Counted from the first letter of the stretch, positions 38,509-48,493 are shown. The stretch is DNA of 64,000 nucleotides from Candidatus Bipolaricaulota bacterium (GCA_025061735.1 JANXAU010000040.1:33434-97433); one strand, 5' to 3'. A program made the numbers and translations. The notes: a model not told the origin generated them from the sequence alone.

Positions 38509-38606
38509 AAGACTTATCATAGCGCTAGGGGAAGCTGAGTGCAAGCTTGCAGAGAGAGCTGCTGAGCAATTTGACGGCTCTCTAGAGTTCGGAGTAAGCT
38601 TAGAGT

Positions 38607-41276
38607 ATGGCCGAGCGCATCTTGCTCATTGACGCCAGCTCGCTCATCTACCCGGCGTTTCACGTCATGGGCGAGCTGAAGACAAGCACTGGCTTGCCCA
38701 CCGGCGCCATTTACGGCTACGCTCGCACCGTCTTGATGCTGTTAAGAGAGTACCCATCACAGTATATCGCCGTCGCGTTCGACAGTCGCGGGCCGACCCA
38801 CCGGCACGAGAAATTTTCAGAATACAAAGCCCATCGCCCAGCGATGGACGAGGCCCTCGCCACCCAGATTCCCAAAATTAAAGAGCTAACAGAAGCCCTC
38901 AGACTGAAGCGATTCGAGCAACCCGGCTATGAAGCCGACGACATCATCGCGGCGCTGGTAGCAAAAGCCCAAGCCCAAGGCTTAGAGATCTTGATCGTCA
39001 GTAGCGATAAAGATCTCTTGCAATTGGTTGGCGATAGCGTGCGCGTGCTCAAACCAGGACGCGACGTCACTAGGGACTTCAAGATTCTCGACGCTGAAGG
39101 GGTGCGGGAATATCTGGGTGTGCCCCCCGATCAAGTGCTGGACTTTCTTGCGTTGGTGGGGGACAGCTCGGATAACGTGCCGGGGGTGCCGGGGATCGGC
39201 GAGAAGACCGCCCAGAAGCTCTTGAGAGAATTTGGCTCGCTCGATGCGCTCTTAGAGAATTTAGATAAGATCGAGCCGAAGAAGCTCAGCGAAAGACTGA
39301 AAAATTATAGAGACCAAGCGCTGCTCAGTCGGGAGTTGGTACGGCTCAAGCCGCCGCCGTTGGAGGTCTCTTTAGAAGAGTGTCGGGCACAGCCGCCGGA
39401 CTCTGAGCGATTGCGGGCGCTGCTCGAAGAGCTGGAGTTTCGCAGCTTGCTCCAGACTTCGTCTGGACTCTCCATCGTGCCGCCAGAGGCGGCACGGCCA
39501 ACAGCGCAGGCGAAGCCTGCTGAGCTTGCCGTAGAGGTCGTGATCACCGAAAGCCAGCTCGATGCGCTGCTTGAGAAACTCAAAGACGCCCCAGAGATCT
39601 CCCTCGACACCGAGACCACCAGCGAAGACGCGATGACCGCGGAGCTTGTCGGAATCTCGCTAGCCGTTGAGCCGAACTCGGGTTTTTATATCCCCCTTGC
39701 TCACAGCTATCTCGGCGCGCCACCGCAGCTCCCGCGCGATCTCGTCATCAAGAGACTGAAAGCGCCGCTGGAGACCAAACCCATCATCGGGCAGAACCTC
39801 AAATACGACGCGAAGATCCTCAAGCGCTTGGGGATCAGTATAAAGAATATAGTCTTTGACTCGATGCTCGCGGCGTACTTGCTCGACCCAGAGGGCCGCA
39901 AAGATCTGAACGAACTCGCGCAACGCTATCTGGGGCACAGTGTGATGAATTTCTCTGAGCTTGGGGCTGAAAGAATGGATATGGTGCCCGTAGAGCAAGC
40001 GGCTCGTTACTCCGTCGCCGACGCGGAAGCCGTGATCAGACTCAAAGAGAAGATGCTCCCAGAGCTGCGCTCCCGAGACCAAGAGAAACTCTTCTACGAG
40101 ATCGAGTTGCCCCTGATCTCTGTGCTCGTCGAGATGGAGCTGAACGGGATTCTCTTAGACAGAGAGGTCTTGCGCGAGCAGGCCAAAGAGCTAGAGACCC
40201 TTGCGACCCAGCTCTTGCAAGACATCTTTCGCTTGGCTGGACAAGACTTTAACCCTAACTCCCCCAAGCAAGTCGCCTACGTGCTCTTTGAAAAGCTGAA
40301 ACTTCCCGTGCTGCGCAAGACCAAGACCGGCCCGTCTACCGATGCGTATGTGCTACAAGAACTCGCTGGACTCCACCCGCTCCCAGAAAAACTGCTAGCG
40401 TACCGCGAGCTGGAGAAGCTCTTGAGCACGTATGTGAAAAAACTCCCGGAATATATCAATCCCCAGACAGGTCGGGTGCACACGACGTTTCAGCAGCACG
40501 TCACCGTGACGGGCAGATTAAGCTCGACCGAGCCGAATCTGCAGAATATTCCGGTGCGCAGCGAGCTGGGCGGACAGATCCGCAAAGCGTTCGTCGCGCC
40601 GCCGGGGAGGGTGCTCATCGGAGCCGACTACTCCCAGATCGAATTGAGAATCTTGGCGCATCTGTCGGGCGATGAAGGGCTGGTCGAGGCGTTCGAGCGC
40701 GACGAAGACGTGCACGCGCGCACCGCCGCGACGATCTTTAACATCCCGCTAGAGAGCGTCAACGCGCAGCAGCGCCGCATCGCGAAGATGATCAATTTCG
40801 GGCTGTCTTACGGAATGACGGGGTATGGGCTGGCGCAGCGCACGGGGATTCCCCGAAGAGAAGCCGATCGGTTCGTGAAGAGCTATTTTGAAAAATATCC
40901 CGGCGTGAAGGCGTACATGGAGCGCACCGTACAGCAAGCCAGGGAGCAGCGCTATCTGGAGACGCTGTTGGGGCGTCGGCGCTATTTTGTGGAGCTATCG
41001 GCGCAGACGCAGCGCGAGGCGATCAACTTTCCGGTGCAGGGGAGCGCCAGCGACATCATGAAGCTTGCGATGATCCGCGTCTATGAAAAGATCGCATCGG
41101 GCCATATCCAAGCCCAGATGCTCTTACAGATCCATGACGAGCTGATCTTTGAGGCCGACGCCCAGCACGCCGCACGTGCGGCCCACCTCATCCAACAGAC
41201 GATGGAGAGGGCGTTTCCGCTTCGCGTGCCCCTGAAGGTCGAAACGCACATCGGGACGAATTGGGGAGAGATCTGA
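38607..41276 (+). CDS. polA: DNA polymerase I
   Basis: 5' nuclease EADD/GDSSDNVPG, 3'-5' exonuclease DTET, DYSQIELR, QIHDEL. Confidence 0.97.
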   Translation: MAERILLIDASSLIYPAFHVMGELKTSTGLPTGAIYGYARTVLMLLREYPSQYIAVAFDSRGPTHRHEKFSEYKAHRPAMDEALATQIPKIKELTEALRLKRFEQPGYEADDIIAALVAKAQAQGLEILIVSSDKDLLQLVGDSVRVLKPGRDVTRDFKILDAEGVREYLGVPPDQVLDFLALVGDSSDNVPGVPGIGEKTAQKLLREFGSLDALLENLDKIEPKKLSERLKNYRDQALLSRELVRLKPPPLEVSLEECRAQPPDSERLRALLEELEFRSLLQTSSGLSIVPPEAARPTAQAKPAELAVEVVITESQLDALLEKLKDAPEISLDTETTSEDAMTAELVGISLAVEPNSGFYIPLAHSYLGAPPQLPRDLVIKRLKAPLETKPIIGQNLKYDAKILKRLGISIKNIVFDSMLAAYLLDPEGRKDLNELAQRYLGHSVMNFSELGAERMDMVPVEQAARYSVADAEAVIRLKEKMLPELRSRDQEKLFYEIELPLISVLVEMELNGILLDREVLREQAKELETLATQLLQDIFRLAGQDFNPNSPKQVAYVLFEKLKLPVLRKTKTGPSTDAYVLQELAGLHPLPEKLLAYRELEKLLSTYVKKLPEYINPQTGRVHTTFQQHVTVTGRLSSTEPNLQNIPVRSELGGQIRKAFVAPPGRVLIGADYSQIELRILAHLSGDEGLVEAFERDEDVHARTAATIFNIPLESVNAQQRRIAKMINFGLSYGMTGYGLAQRTGIPRREADRFVKSYFEKYPGVKAYMERTVQQAREQRYLETLLGRRRYFVELSAQTQREAINFPVQGSASDIMKLAMIRVYEKIASGHIQAQMLLQIHDELIFEADAQHAARAAHLIQQTMERAFPLRVPLKVETHIGTNWGEI

Positions 41277-41314
41277 GCCTCAAATCGAGCTTGCTCGTAA
41301 TCCAGCAGCTCTTC

Positions 41315-44119
41315 TCACCATCCTGCCGACAGATAAAGCTTGGGACTTGGCTCTCCTACTCCCTGCGCGATCCCTAACCGCAACGCCCAACCGAAGAAAT
41401 AGCCCGTCGTCAATTGCACGCCGATCTCCGCGCCGAAGCCGATCTTCAGCTCATTGACGTCTAATTGCTCACCCGCCAAGCCCGCGTCCACAAAGACGCT
41501 CCCGCGCAGCTCGTCCAAAAAGACCGGCCAGTACCCCACCCCGCGCTCGATGTTCACCAACGGGAAACTGTAGCCGATGCTCGCGGTGAGTATCTGCTTG
41601 CCCTTGGCTAACTCTCTCTCAAAGCCGCGCACGGCAAACGCCCCATAGCCGCCCCCCAGCGAGAACCCCTCTTCGGGTTTTTCCGCATCGCTCCAGCCCG
41701 CCGAGAGCCTGAGCGCAAGCGTGTGCGTCTCGCGCACCGGCAATCGCAGCGTCTCTTGCAGGGAGAGTATCAGCTTGCGCAGAGGCGGGGCATCGCTGGG
41801 CAGCTCGAGATGTCCCTGAAGAGAGACCCCCAAGCTGTCACGCCAAAGATCAGACCCACTCACCGATTGATAGAGATATTGCCCGATGTAGATCTCTTTG
41901 GTGCGGGCTTTCTCTAGATATTCGATGCGCTGGTAGTTGGCTGTGGCTATCTGAGTGCGAAAGAGACTCTGCTCCAGAGGCAGGATCGCTCCCAACGCAT
42001 AAGCTCGGTCGTCGCGGCCCTCGCGCACCGAGAGCGTGAGCACGGGCAAGAAACGCGCCACGATAAGATCAAACGAGTAGATGAGCTTGCTCTTGGTGAA
42101 ATCCCACCCCGTCATCAGTTGATAGTTGTACTTGCTCAGCGCGTCTCGGCCCATCGTGACAAGACCCAGCGTGCTCCCATCGCCGAAGGGGAGCCAGAGC
42201 TTGGGCCAGAGCGACGGCAGGACGCTGTAGGGCTTGATGGGGTAATCCGTCTTGGGGAAGCCCGCCCACGCCGGGATCGTCTCGGAGGAGATCGAGACGG
42301 GCTTCCACGCTTGAGGGTCGAAGGGCATCTTGTGGAGATCGTACCCGTCGCTGCCGTAGCCCGTAAATACGATAGAGCTTCCATCGGGGGAGACGGCGGG
42401 ATCGAAGGCGCCCGTCAAGAGATTGGTGACCCGATAGAACGAGCCATCGCGGAGCTTGTACGCATAGAGATTGGTGACGCGATAACTGCCCCGATCGGAA
42501 CTGAAGAGCAGATACTCTCCGTCGGGGGAGAACGTTGGGTCTAGGTCTTCGGCCTTGTCTTGGGTGATGGGTTGAAGAGAGGAGCTGGAGAGGTCTAGCA
42601 GATAAATATCTTGATACCCGCCGCGCCGCCAGAGCGAGAGCGCGAGTCTCTGGCCGTCGGGAGAGACGGCCAGCGAGTGCACGGTGACGCTGTTGTCGGG
42701 GAACTCTTGGACGGGCGTGATCTTCCCGGAGGGGAGATCGAGCTTGGAGATCGCGGTGCTGGCGTCGCGCCCGATGTGATGCGCAAAGTAGATCGTCTGG
42801 CCGTCGGGAGCAAAAGCCGCGACATACGCGCGCGCGCCGCGAGTCAGCCGCCGCTCGCTCTTCTTCTCTAAGTCGTAGAGATAGAGATCGCTGTGGGCGT
42901 AGAACAGCCCGTTATAGTCGAGTTTGCTGAAGAGCACAGATTTTCCATCGGGGGAGAAGCTGGGGAGCTGCATCGGCCCGAAGAGGATTTCGCGGTCGCG
43001 CTGGCCGTGCGCGTCTATCACTCGCAAGCCGTTGCGTCCCGGCCCGCCGTGCCGATAGACGATCTCCCTTCCGTCGGGCGACCAACTGGGCTGTCCCGTC
43101 CCCCAGCCCCAGCGCGTCAGGCGCAGGCTGCTCGTCAGGCCCTCTTGGGTGATCGCGCGAATCTCTTCAGAAAATCTCTGGTGCAGCCAGCGCTGAAACC
43201 CCGCATAGACTTTATCGGCAGAATCTTTGACGACCCTCTCTAAGACCGAGTTGAAGTTCGCGCCAAAGCCGGTCATAAACAACAGATTCAGCAGTTCTGC
43301 AGAGTTCACGTCGTTGAATCGTTTGAGCGTATCGGAGCCGTAGGTCTCTTCGAGATAGAGCAAGAACCACGCGCCGAAGTTATAGACGAGCAGCCCGGCT
43401 GGGGGCCAGCTCTGACGGTTATAGTACCCCGAGATCTCATCCCAGCGCGGGATTTTATTGTCCAAGACCATCTGCCGCACCATCATTAGCGTATTGGCAT
43501 CGTTGAGGCGCGACTCGCCCAAGTGCTTGTATTTTTCATAGACGGCCAGCCCCTCTATAAACGGAATGGGCTTGCCGAAGTTGGGCATGATGATATTCCC
43601 AAAGATTCTGCGTAAGAGCGCGTTCCAGCCGCTGGCGATCTCGAGGTCCATAATGTGCACCAGCTCGTGATAGACGAGCACTCTGATCCAACTGTCTAGG
43701 CGCACGTTGGCCCAATCGGCCAAGCGCAGCTGCGCCGGGCCGATATAGATCGTATTTTGGGGGATCGTCGTCGCCGAGCCGACGATGCCGTCCATCACAT
43801 CAAAGATCACGATATAGATTTTGCTCGCGGGCGCGCGCCCGAACTCTTTTTGGATAATCTCATAAGACTCCTCGGCGATGACGGCCGACTCTTGCGCGAT
43901 CTTTTCTAGCCCTTGGTGATAGACGATATCAAAGTGCGGCGTCTCTAGCTGATGCCAGCGCAGCGCAGGATCGAAGACCATGATCTGAGCGTGAGCAGAA
44001 GAGACAGACAGCAAGAGACTGAGAATCACGGAAATCACATAGCACACACGGAAGTTTCTTTCCGTGCTCTCTCTGTTCTCCCGTGTCTTCCGTGATTCAA
44101 AGAATCTAGAACAAAGCAT
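41315..44119 (-). CDS. Gluzincin + TolB/PD40 propeller + Omp85-like barrel protein
   Basis: HELVH...EGLA, repeated SPDG motifs, VRGF, C-terminal aromatic residue. SD AAGGAGG. Confidence 0.75.
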   Translation of the reverse strand: MLCSRFFESRKTRENRESTERNFRVCYVISVILSLLLSVSSAHAQIMVFDPALRWHQLETPHFDIVYHQGLEKIAQESAVIAEESYEIIQKEFGRAPASKIYIVIFDVMDGIVGSATTIPQNTIYIGPAQLRLADWANVRLDSWIRVLVYHELVHIMDLEIASGWNALLRRIFGNIIMPNFGKPIPFIEGLAVYEKYKHLGESRLNDANTLMMVRQMVLDNKIPRWDEISGYYNRQSWPPAGLLVYNFGAWFLLYLEETYGSDTLKRFNDVNSAELLNLLFMTGFGANFNSVLERVVKDSADKVYAGFQRWLHQRFSEEIRAITQEGLTSSLRLTRWGWGTGQPSWSPDGREIVYRHGGPGRNGLRVIDAHGQRDREILFGPMQLPSFSPDGKSVLFSKLDYNGLFYAHSDLYLYDLEKKSERRLTRGARAYVAAFAPDGQTIYFAHHIGRDASTAISKLDLPSGKITPVQEFPDNSVTVHSLAVSPDGQRLALSLWRRGGYQDIYLLDLSSSSLQPITQDKAEDLDPTFSPDGEYLLFSSDRGSYRVTNLYAYKLRDGSFYRVTNLLTGAFDPAVSPDGSSIVFTGYGSDGYDLHKMPFDPQAWKPVSISSETIPAWAGFPKTDYPIKPYSVLPSLWPKLWLPFGDGSTLGLVTMGRDALSKYNYQLMTGWDFTKSKLIYSFDLIVARFLPVLTLSVREGRDDRAYALGAILPLEQSLFRTQIATANYQRIEYLEKARTKEIYIGQYLYQSVSGSDLWRDSLGVSLQGHLELPSDAPPLRKLILSLQETLRLPVRETHTLALRLSAGWSDAEKPEEGFSLGGGYGAFAVRGFERELAKGKQILTASIGYSFPLVNIERGVGYWPVFLDELRGSVFVDAGLAGEQLDVNELKIGFGAEIGVQLTTGYFFGWALRLGIAQGVGEPSPKLYLSAGW
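44023..44098. repeat. CACGGAA/TTCCGTG palindromic element inside the signal-peptide coding region
   Basis: GAATCACGGAA...TTCCGTGATTC with an internal CACGGAA/TTCCGTG stem. Confidence 0.65.
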
Positions 44120-44137
44120 AGAAATCCTCCTTAGGTT

Positions 44138-44180
44138 ACTCTCACCCTCTCCCTCTTAGGGAGAGGGAAAGGGTGAGGGT
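44138..44180. repeat. REP-like palindrome, CCCTCTCCC family
   Basis: CTCACCCTCTCCCT-CTT-AGGGAGAGGG...GGGTGAGGG. Confidence 0.8.
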
Positions 44181-44185
44181 GAATA

Positions 44186-45199
44186 TCACGAGCCAAAGAG
44201 CAGACGGTACTCCCCGTCGCGCTTGAAGACAATATCTAAACGAAACTTCAAGCCGTCCAGCGAGAGAATGGCGCTCAGCCCCCACGAGAGCAGATTCGCC
44301 ATCGGGACGATACATCGTGCGCAGCGCTCTGCTTCTTCTGTCTCTTCTGGCTTTTCGCGCAGAGCCGTCTTCGTGGTGCTGAGCTGCACGAAGACCGCGC
44401 CCTCTATGAAGAAGCTCTCGAAGAGCGGCTTGTTGATCACCGGCAACGGGGGTAATCCCAACGGCACTCTTATCATCTCGAAGCGGCGCTCAAAGCGCAA
44501 GGCCCAGAACTGCTCGCCCTTGATAGTTTCTGTCTCCCCCTTGACGCTCTGGACGAACTCGAAGTCTGGCAAACGGCCCTCGTTCTGGAGCGTGCCGAAG
44601 CCGAAGCTCACCGATAGAAGATCGCGTTTCAGCTCCAGATGGCTCTGGGTGTACTGAAAGCTCAACGGCAAGACCCCCAGACGCCACCAGCCGTAGAGGG
44701 TGCGGCTGTTCACGTTGAGCGTGATCCCAAAGGGCAGAGCGAAGCGCTGCGCCGAACTCAGCGAGAGATACAGAATATCTGGGGGAAGCTCGTTGGGCAC
44801 CCAGGGCCAGAGCGTGCCGAAGAAGAGAGTGACGCTGTTTTCGTACTGTTGAATCTCCACGTCGAGGAGCGTTCCGAGCGATCTTGAGCTTTTGTGAGTC
44901 ACTTGGAGGCCCGACTGCCCCACGCGCCCCAGCACCGGCGTCCCCGGCCAATCGAGCAGGGAGAGTTTGACCTCCCATACCGTTAGACCGGCTTGGTAGC
45001 GAATCTTCTGGCTTTGCAGGCCGTAGGCCAGCGCTAGCGACGGTTCCAAAAACTGAAAGAGCTTGAAGCTCCCCTGCGCGCCGAGCAAGTAGCCGTCCAC
45101 GCTGTTCTGCTCGAAGACGGGAGTGAGATTCTGAGCAGCGACGGGCATGGCCATAGCGAACCCCATAAGAACGATCAGCGCTCTTACACAGTTTTTCAT
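44186..45199 (-). CDS. Secreted/outer-envelope beta-barrel-like protein
   Basis: Signal peptide ending VAA-Q, alternating aromatic strands, VKG.../EGAVFV segments reminiscent of an Omp85 C-terminus. Confidence 0.55.
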   Translation of the reverse strand: MKNCVRALIVLMGFAMAMPVAAQNLTPVFEQNSVDGYLLGAQGSFKLFQFLEPSLALAYGLQSQKIRYQAGLTVWEVKLSLLDWPGTPVLGRVGQSGLQVTHKSSRSLGTLLDVEIQQYENSVTLFFGTLWPWVPNELPPDILYLSLSSAQRFALPFGITLNVNSRTLYGWWRLGVLPLSFQYTQSHLELKRDLLSVSFGFGTLQNEGRLPDFEFVQSVKGETETIKGEQFWALRFERRFEMIRVPLGLPPLPVINKPLFESFFIEGAVFVQLSTTKTALREKPEETEEAERCARCIVPMANLLSWGLSAILSLDGLKFRLDIVFKRDGEYRLLFGS

Positions 45200-45245
45200 T
45201 CGTAAACCTCCTTGGGGCTATTGTAAGAGAGGGCGCGTGAGGGGG

Positions 45246-45584
45246 TCAAGTCTCGCGTTCTTGGAAGGCATCTTTGTAGAGTCTTAAGTGTCCCCCGGAG
45301 ATGGCGACCACGTCGAAGCGCACGGGCAGCGGGGTGGGATGGCGGGCGAGATAGTGCTGCGCTGTGAGGAGGATCTTGCGCTGCTTTCGGAGAGTGACGG
45401 TCTCTTCGGGCAGCCCGAAGAGTTCTCGCGAGCGCGAGCGGACTTCGATGAAGACTAGAAAATTGCCGTCGCGGGCGATGAGATCTATCTCGCCGCCGCG
45501 CCAGCGATAGCGTTCCGCGATGATCTCGTACCCTTGTTGGCGCAAGAAGTCGCGGGCTAGTCTTTCAGCGTCTTCCCCGCGCAT
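45246..45584 (-). CDS. YraN (UPF0102) family protein
   Basis: GEIDLIARDG..LVFIEVR.R, RFDVVAI. Confidence 0.92.
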   Translation of the reverse strand: MRGEDAERLARDFLRQQGYEIIAERYRWRGGEIDLIARDGNFLVFIEVRSRSRELFGLPEETVTLRKQRKILLTAQHYLARHPTPLPVRFDVVAISGGHLRLYKDAFQERET

Positions 45585-45642
45585 AGCGCGTTCACGGGCT
45601 GATCATAGCTGCAAGGGCGGGGCGTGTCAAGCCGACAACTAC

Positions 45643-46464
45643 CTACCCCCCGCGCCGCTGCATCCACAGCGAGAGCGCGATTAAACTCAGAGATACTAAC
45701 AGCATCAGCGCCGCGACCGCGTTGACTTGCGGCGGGATGCCCGCACGCCCCTGAAGAAAATAAATATAGAGGGGCAACGTCTGAAAGCCCGTGCCCCCCG
45801 CGGTCGAAAAATACGTGATGTAAAAATCGTCGAGCGAGAGCGTGAACGCCAGCAACGCTCCGCTCAAGATCGCTGGAGCGAGCATCGGCAACGTGACTCT
45901 GTAAAAGACCTGCCAAGGGCGTGCTCCCAAATCCAACGCGGCCTCTTCCAGAGAACGGTCCATGTGCTGCAATCGAGCACGGACGACCACCATCACATAC
46001 GAAAGACCGAAAGCGACATGCCCCGCCATCACACTGGGGAACGGCCCAAGCTCGAGGCCCACCAGCCCCAAAGCGGGCCGAAAAAACTGAGCAAAGAAGA
46101 GCAACAAGCCCACGGCCATCACGATCTCCGGGATGAGAATGGGCAGATAGCTGACGCTCTCAACCAGCGTCTGCCCACGAAACCGATAGCGCTCCAACGC
46201 AATCGCCAAGAGCGTCCCCAAAACCGTCGCTACCAGCGTGGCGCTCAGCGCGACAGCGACGCTGTTGCCCAGCGCTTGCGCCACCTCTGGGTCACGCAGC
46301 ACTTTTTGATACGTCTCCAGAGAGAACCCGCCCCAGACCAGCGCATAGCGCCCCGCGCTGAAACTGTAGAGCACCAAAACAAAAATGGGCAGATAGAGAA
46401 AGAGATAGACAAAGATCGCATCTATCTTGATGCAGAGATCTATCCAACGATCGAGCTTGCGCAT
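45643..46464 (-). CDS. potC: Polyamine ABC transporter permease
   Basis: FLYLPI.VL..YSF, EEAALDLGA, AFTLSLDDF. Confidence 0.88.
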   Translation of the reverse strand: MRKLDRWIDLCIKIDAIFVYLFLYLPIFVLVLYSFSAGRYALVWGGFSLETYQKVLRDPEVAQALGNSVAVALSATLVATVLGTLLAIALERYRFRGQTLVESVSYLPILIPEIVMAVGLLLFFAQFFRPALGLVGLELGPFPSVMAGHVAFGLSYVMVVVRARLQHMDRSLEEAALDLGARPWQVFYRVTLPMLAPAILSGALLAFTLSLDDFYITYFSTAGGTGFQTLPLYIYFLQGRAGIPPQVNAVAALMLLVSLSLIALSLWMQRRGG

Positions 46465-46500
46465 AGTTTCAGATCACAGTCTTCTAACGCTCATGAAAAT

Positions 46501-46538
46501 ACCCTCACCCTCGCCCTCTCCCTGAAAGGGAGAGGGCG
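46501..46538. repeat. REP-like palindrome, CCCTCTCCC family
   Basis: CCCTCACCCT-CGCCCTCTCCCT-GAA-AGGGAGAGGGCG between potB and potC. Confidence 0.8.
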
Positions 46539-46539
46539 G

Positions 46540-47382
46540 CTAGCTCACCCATCGCGCCTCCTTGAGCTGCTTGAAATACCTCACCAAGACCAACGAGACC
46601 AGCAGCATCAGCCCAACTGCCATTGCCGCCCCCAATGGCCAGTTCTGCACCCGCCCTAGAAACTGCTCTTCTATCGTTATCCCGATCATTGGGACCTTGC
46701 CTCCCCCCAACAGCTTGGGCGCCAGAAACTCCCCCAAGACAGGAATGAAGACCAAGATCGCTCCGGCGATCACCCCCGGACGACTCAACGGAAAAATCAC
46801 GCGCCAGAAGCTCTGCCAGCGCGTCGCCCCCAGATCGTGCGCAGCTTCTACGAGCGTGAAGTCGAGCTTCTCCAGCGTTGCATACAAAGGCAGCACCATA
46901 AACGGCAGATAGCCATAGACCAACCCGATCAGCACCCCCCACGGAGACCCCAATAACGCCATCTCGACCCCAAAGGGCTTCACCAAAGCCGCGATCCAAC
47001 CCTCTGGCCGCAGCAAGATAAACCAAGCGTAGATGCGCACCAAAAAGTTGGTGAGAAAGGGCAGAACGACCAAGAAGAGCAAGAGCGCGCGCCAGCGCGG
47101 CGGACGCCGCGCGATATAGTACGCCAGCGGATAGCCCAGCACAAAACAACCGACGGTCGTGAGCGCTGCCAGCCAAAGGGAGTTCGCAACCGGGCCGACA
47201 AGATAGAGCGCATCGAGGGCGCGAGCGTAGTTTTCTAGAGTGAATGTCCACTCGATCAGCCCCCCTGGAAGACGACGCGCAAAGCTGATCGAGACCATGA
47301 TCAGCAGAGGGAGCACAACAAAGACGAGCAGCCATAACAGACCGGGGAGGAGGAGCTTAGGGCCTAGGGCGTTAGAGCGCAT
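46540..47382 (-). CDS. potB: Polyamine ABC transporter permease
   Basis: GYPLAY, LVRIYAW, YLPFMVLPLY, EAAHDLGA. Confidence 0.88.
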   Translation of the reverse strand: MRSNALGPKLLLPGLLWLLVFVVLPLLIMVSISFARRLPGGLIEWTFTLENYARALDALYLVGPVANSLWLAALTTVGCFVLGYPLAYYIARRPPRWRALLLFLVVLPFLTNFLVRIYAWFILLRPEGWIAALVKPFGVEMALLGSPWGVLIGLVYGYLPFMVLPLYATLEKLDFTLVEAAHDLGATRWQSFWRVIFPLSRPGVIAGAILVFIPVLGEFLAPKLLGGGKVPMIGITIEEQFLGRVQNWPLGAAMAVGLMLLVSLVLVRYFKQLKEARWVS

Positions 47383-48493
47383 CGTCTTCGCTGCCGATGG
47401 CACCGATGGAATGGATATCGTGCGGACTCCACCCGAGATAGACGCTCTCGCCGAGCCGCAGCCCATGAGGACCGCGCACCGTGAGCACCATCTGCGACCC
47501 CAGACGCACCCGATAGCGCGTCTCCTTGCCGCAGTAGATCAGCTCTTCGATCTGGCCGACCCATTGGCCGTTCTCAACGCCCCTTTCCCGCAGCGCCTCC
47601 CCCCTGGGGCGCTGGAGGGGAGCGGGTTCAAGGGAGATCGCCTCGGGACGCAGCGCCAGCGTGACGCGCTGGCCAACCTTCAGACACCGCCGGCTGAAGA
47701 CGTTCGTCTGGAGCGCGCCGATCTTGACTAACGCCCGCTCCCCCACCACATGAACCACCTCCCCTTCCAACAGATTGCTCTCGCCGATGAACTCGGCGAC
47801 AAAGCGCGTCGCCGGGTGTTCGTAGATCTCCTCGGGCGTGCCCACCTGCAAGACACGCCCGCGATGCATCACGGCGATTCGGTCCGAGAGCGCCAGGGCC
47901 TCTTCTTGATCGTGGGTCACGTAGATAAAAGTAATTTGGAGCTGGCGTTGCAGCCGTTTCAGTTCTAGCTGCATCTCTTGGCGCAATTTTTGGTCGAGCG
48001 CCCCTAGAGGCTCGTCGAGCAACAGGACCGACGGGTGAGTGACCAGGGCGCGGGCGAGCGCGACGCGCTGTTGCTGCCCACCAGAGAGCTGCTTGGGGTA
48101 GCGATCCTCCAAGCCCGTCAGGCGCACTAATTCTAAAGCTTCGGCGACCCGACGCTGGATCTCCGCGCGGGGACGGCGCTGCATCTCCAACCCAAAAGCA
48201 ACGTTGCGCGCTACGGTCAGATGGGGGAAGAGCGCATAGTGCTGAAAGACCAGATTGATATCGCGTTCGTGGGGGGGGATATGCAAGGCGGGCTGGCCGT
48301 TGATGAGCAGCTCACCGCTGTCGGGGTGTTCAAAGCCCGCGATGATGCGCAGGGTGGTCGTCTTGCCGCAGCCACTCGGCCCCAGCAGCGAAAAGAACTC
48401 CCCTTTCTGAACCTGAAGCGAGACGTGATCCAAGACGGTCGTCGCGCCAAAGCGCTTGGAGACCCCTCGCAGCTCTACAGAATACTCGTCCAT
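47372..48493 (-). CDS. potA: Polyamine ABC transporter ATPase
   Basis: GPSGCGKTT, LSGGQQQRVALARAL, LLLDEPLGALD, TOBE tail. Confidence 0.88.
   Translation of the reverse strand: MDEYSVELRGVSKRFGATTVLDHVSLQVQKGEFFSLLGPSGCGKTTTLRIIAGFEHPDSGELLINGQPALHIPPHERDINLVFQHYALFPHLTVARNVAFGLEMQRRPRAEIQRRVAEALELVRLTGLEDRYPKQLSGGQQQRVALARALVTHPSVLLLDEPLGALDQKLRQEMQLELKRLQRQLQITFIYVTHDQEEALALSDRIAVMHRGRVLQVGTPEEIYEHPATRFVAEFIGESNLLEGEVVHVVGERALVKIGALQTNVFSRRCLKVGQRVTLALRPEAISLEPAPLQRPRGEALRERGVENGQWVGQIEELIYCGKETRYRVRLGSQMVLTVRGPHGLRLGESVYLGWSPHDIHSIGAIGSEDDAL

Noticed and set aside
22784-41276. Inteins or introns in topA or polA
   Set aside because: Lengths are normal and no splice motifs were seen.
11511-46538. 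Palindromic repeats as a CRISPR array
   Set aside because: Copies are dispersed and variable, with no spacers and no cas genes.
45727-46659. 310-aa plus-strand ORF and other long alternative-frame ORFs (6517-7263, 57153-57890, 1636-2334)
   Set aside because: They overlap well-supported genes, are typical GC-rich shadow frames and show no recognisable motifs.
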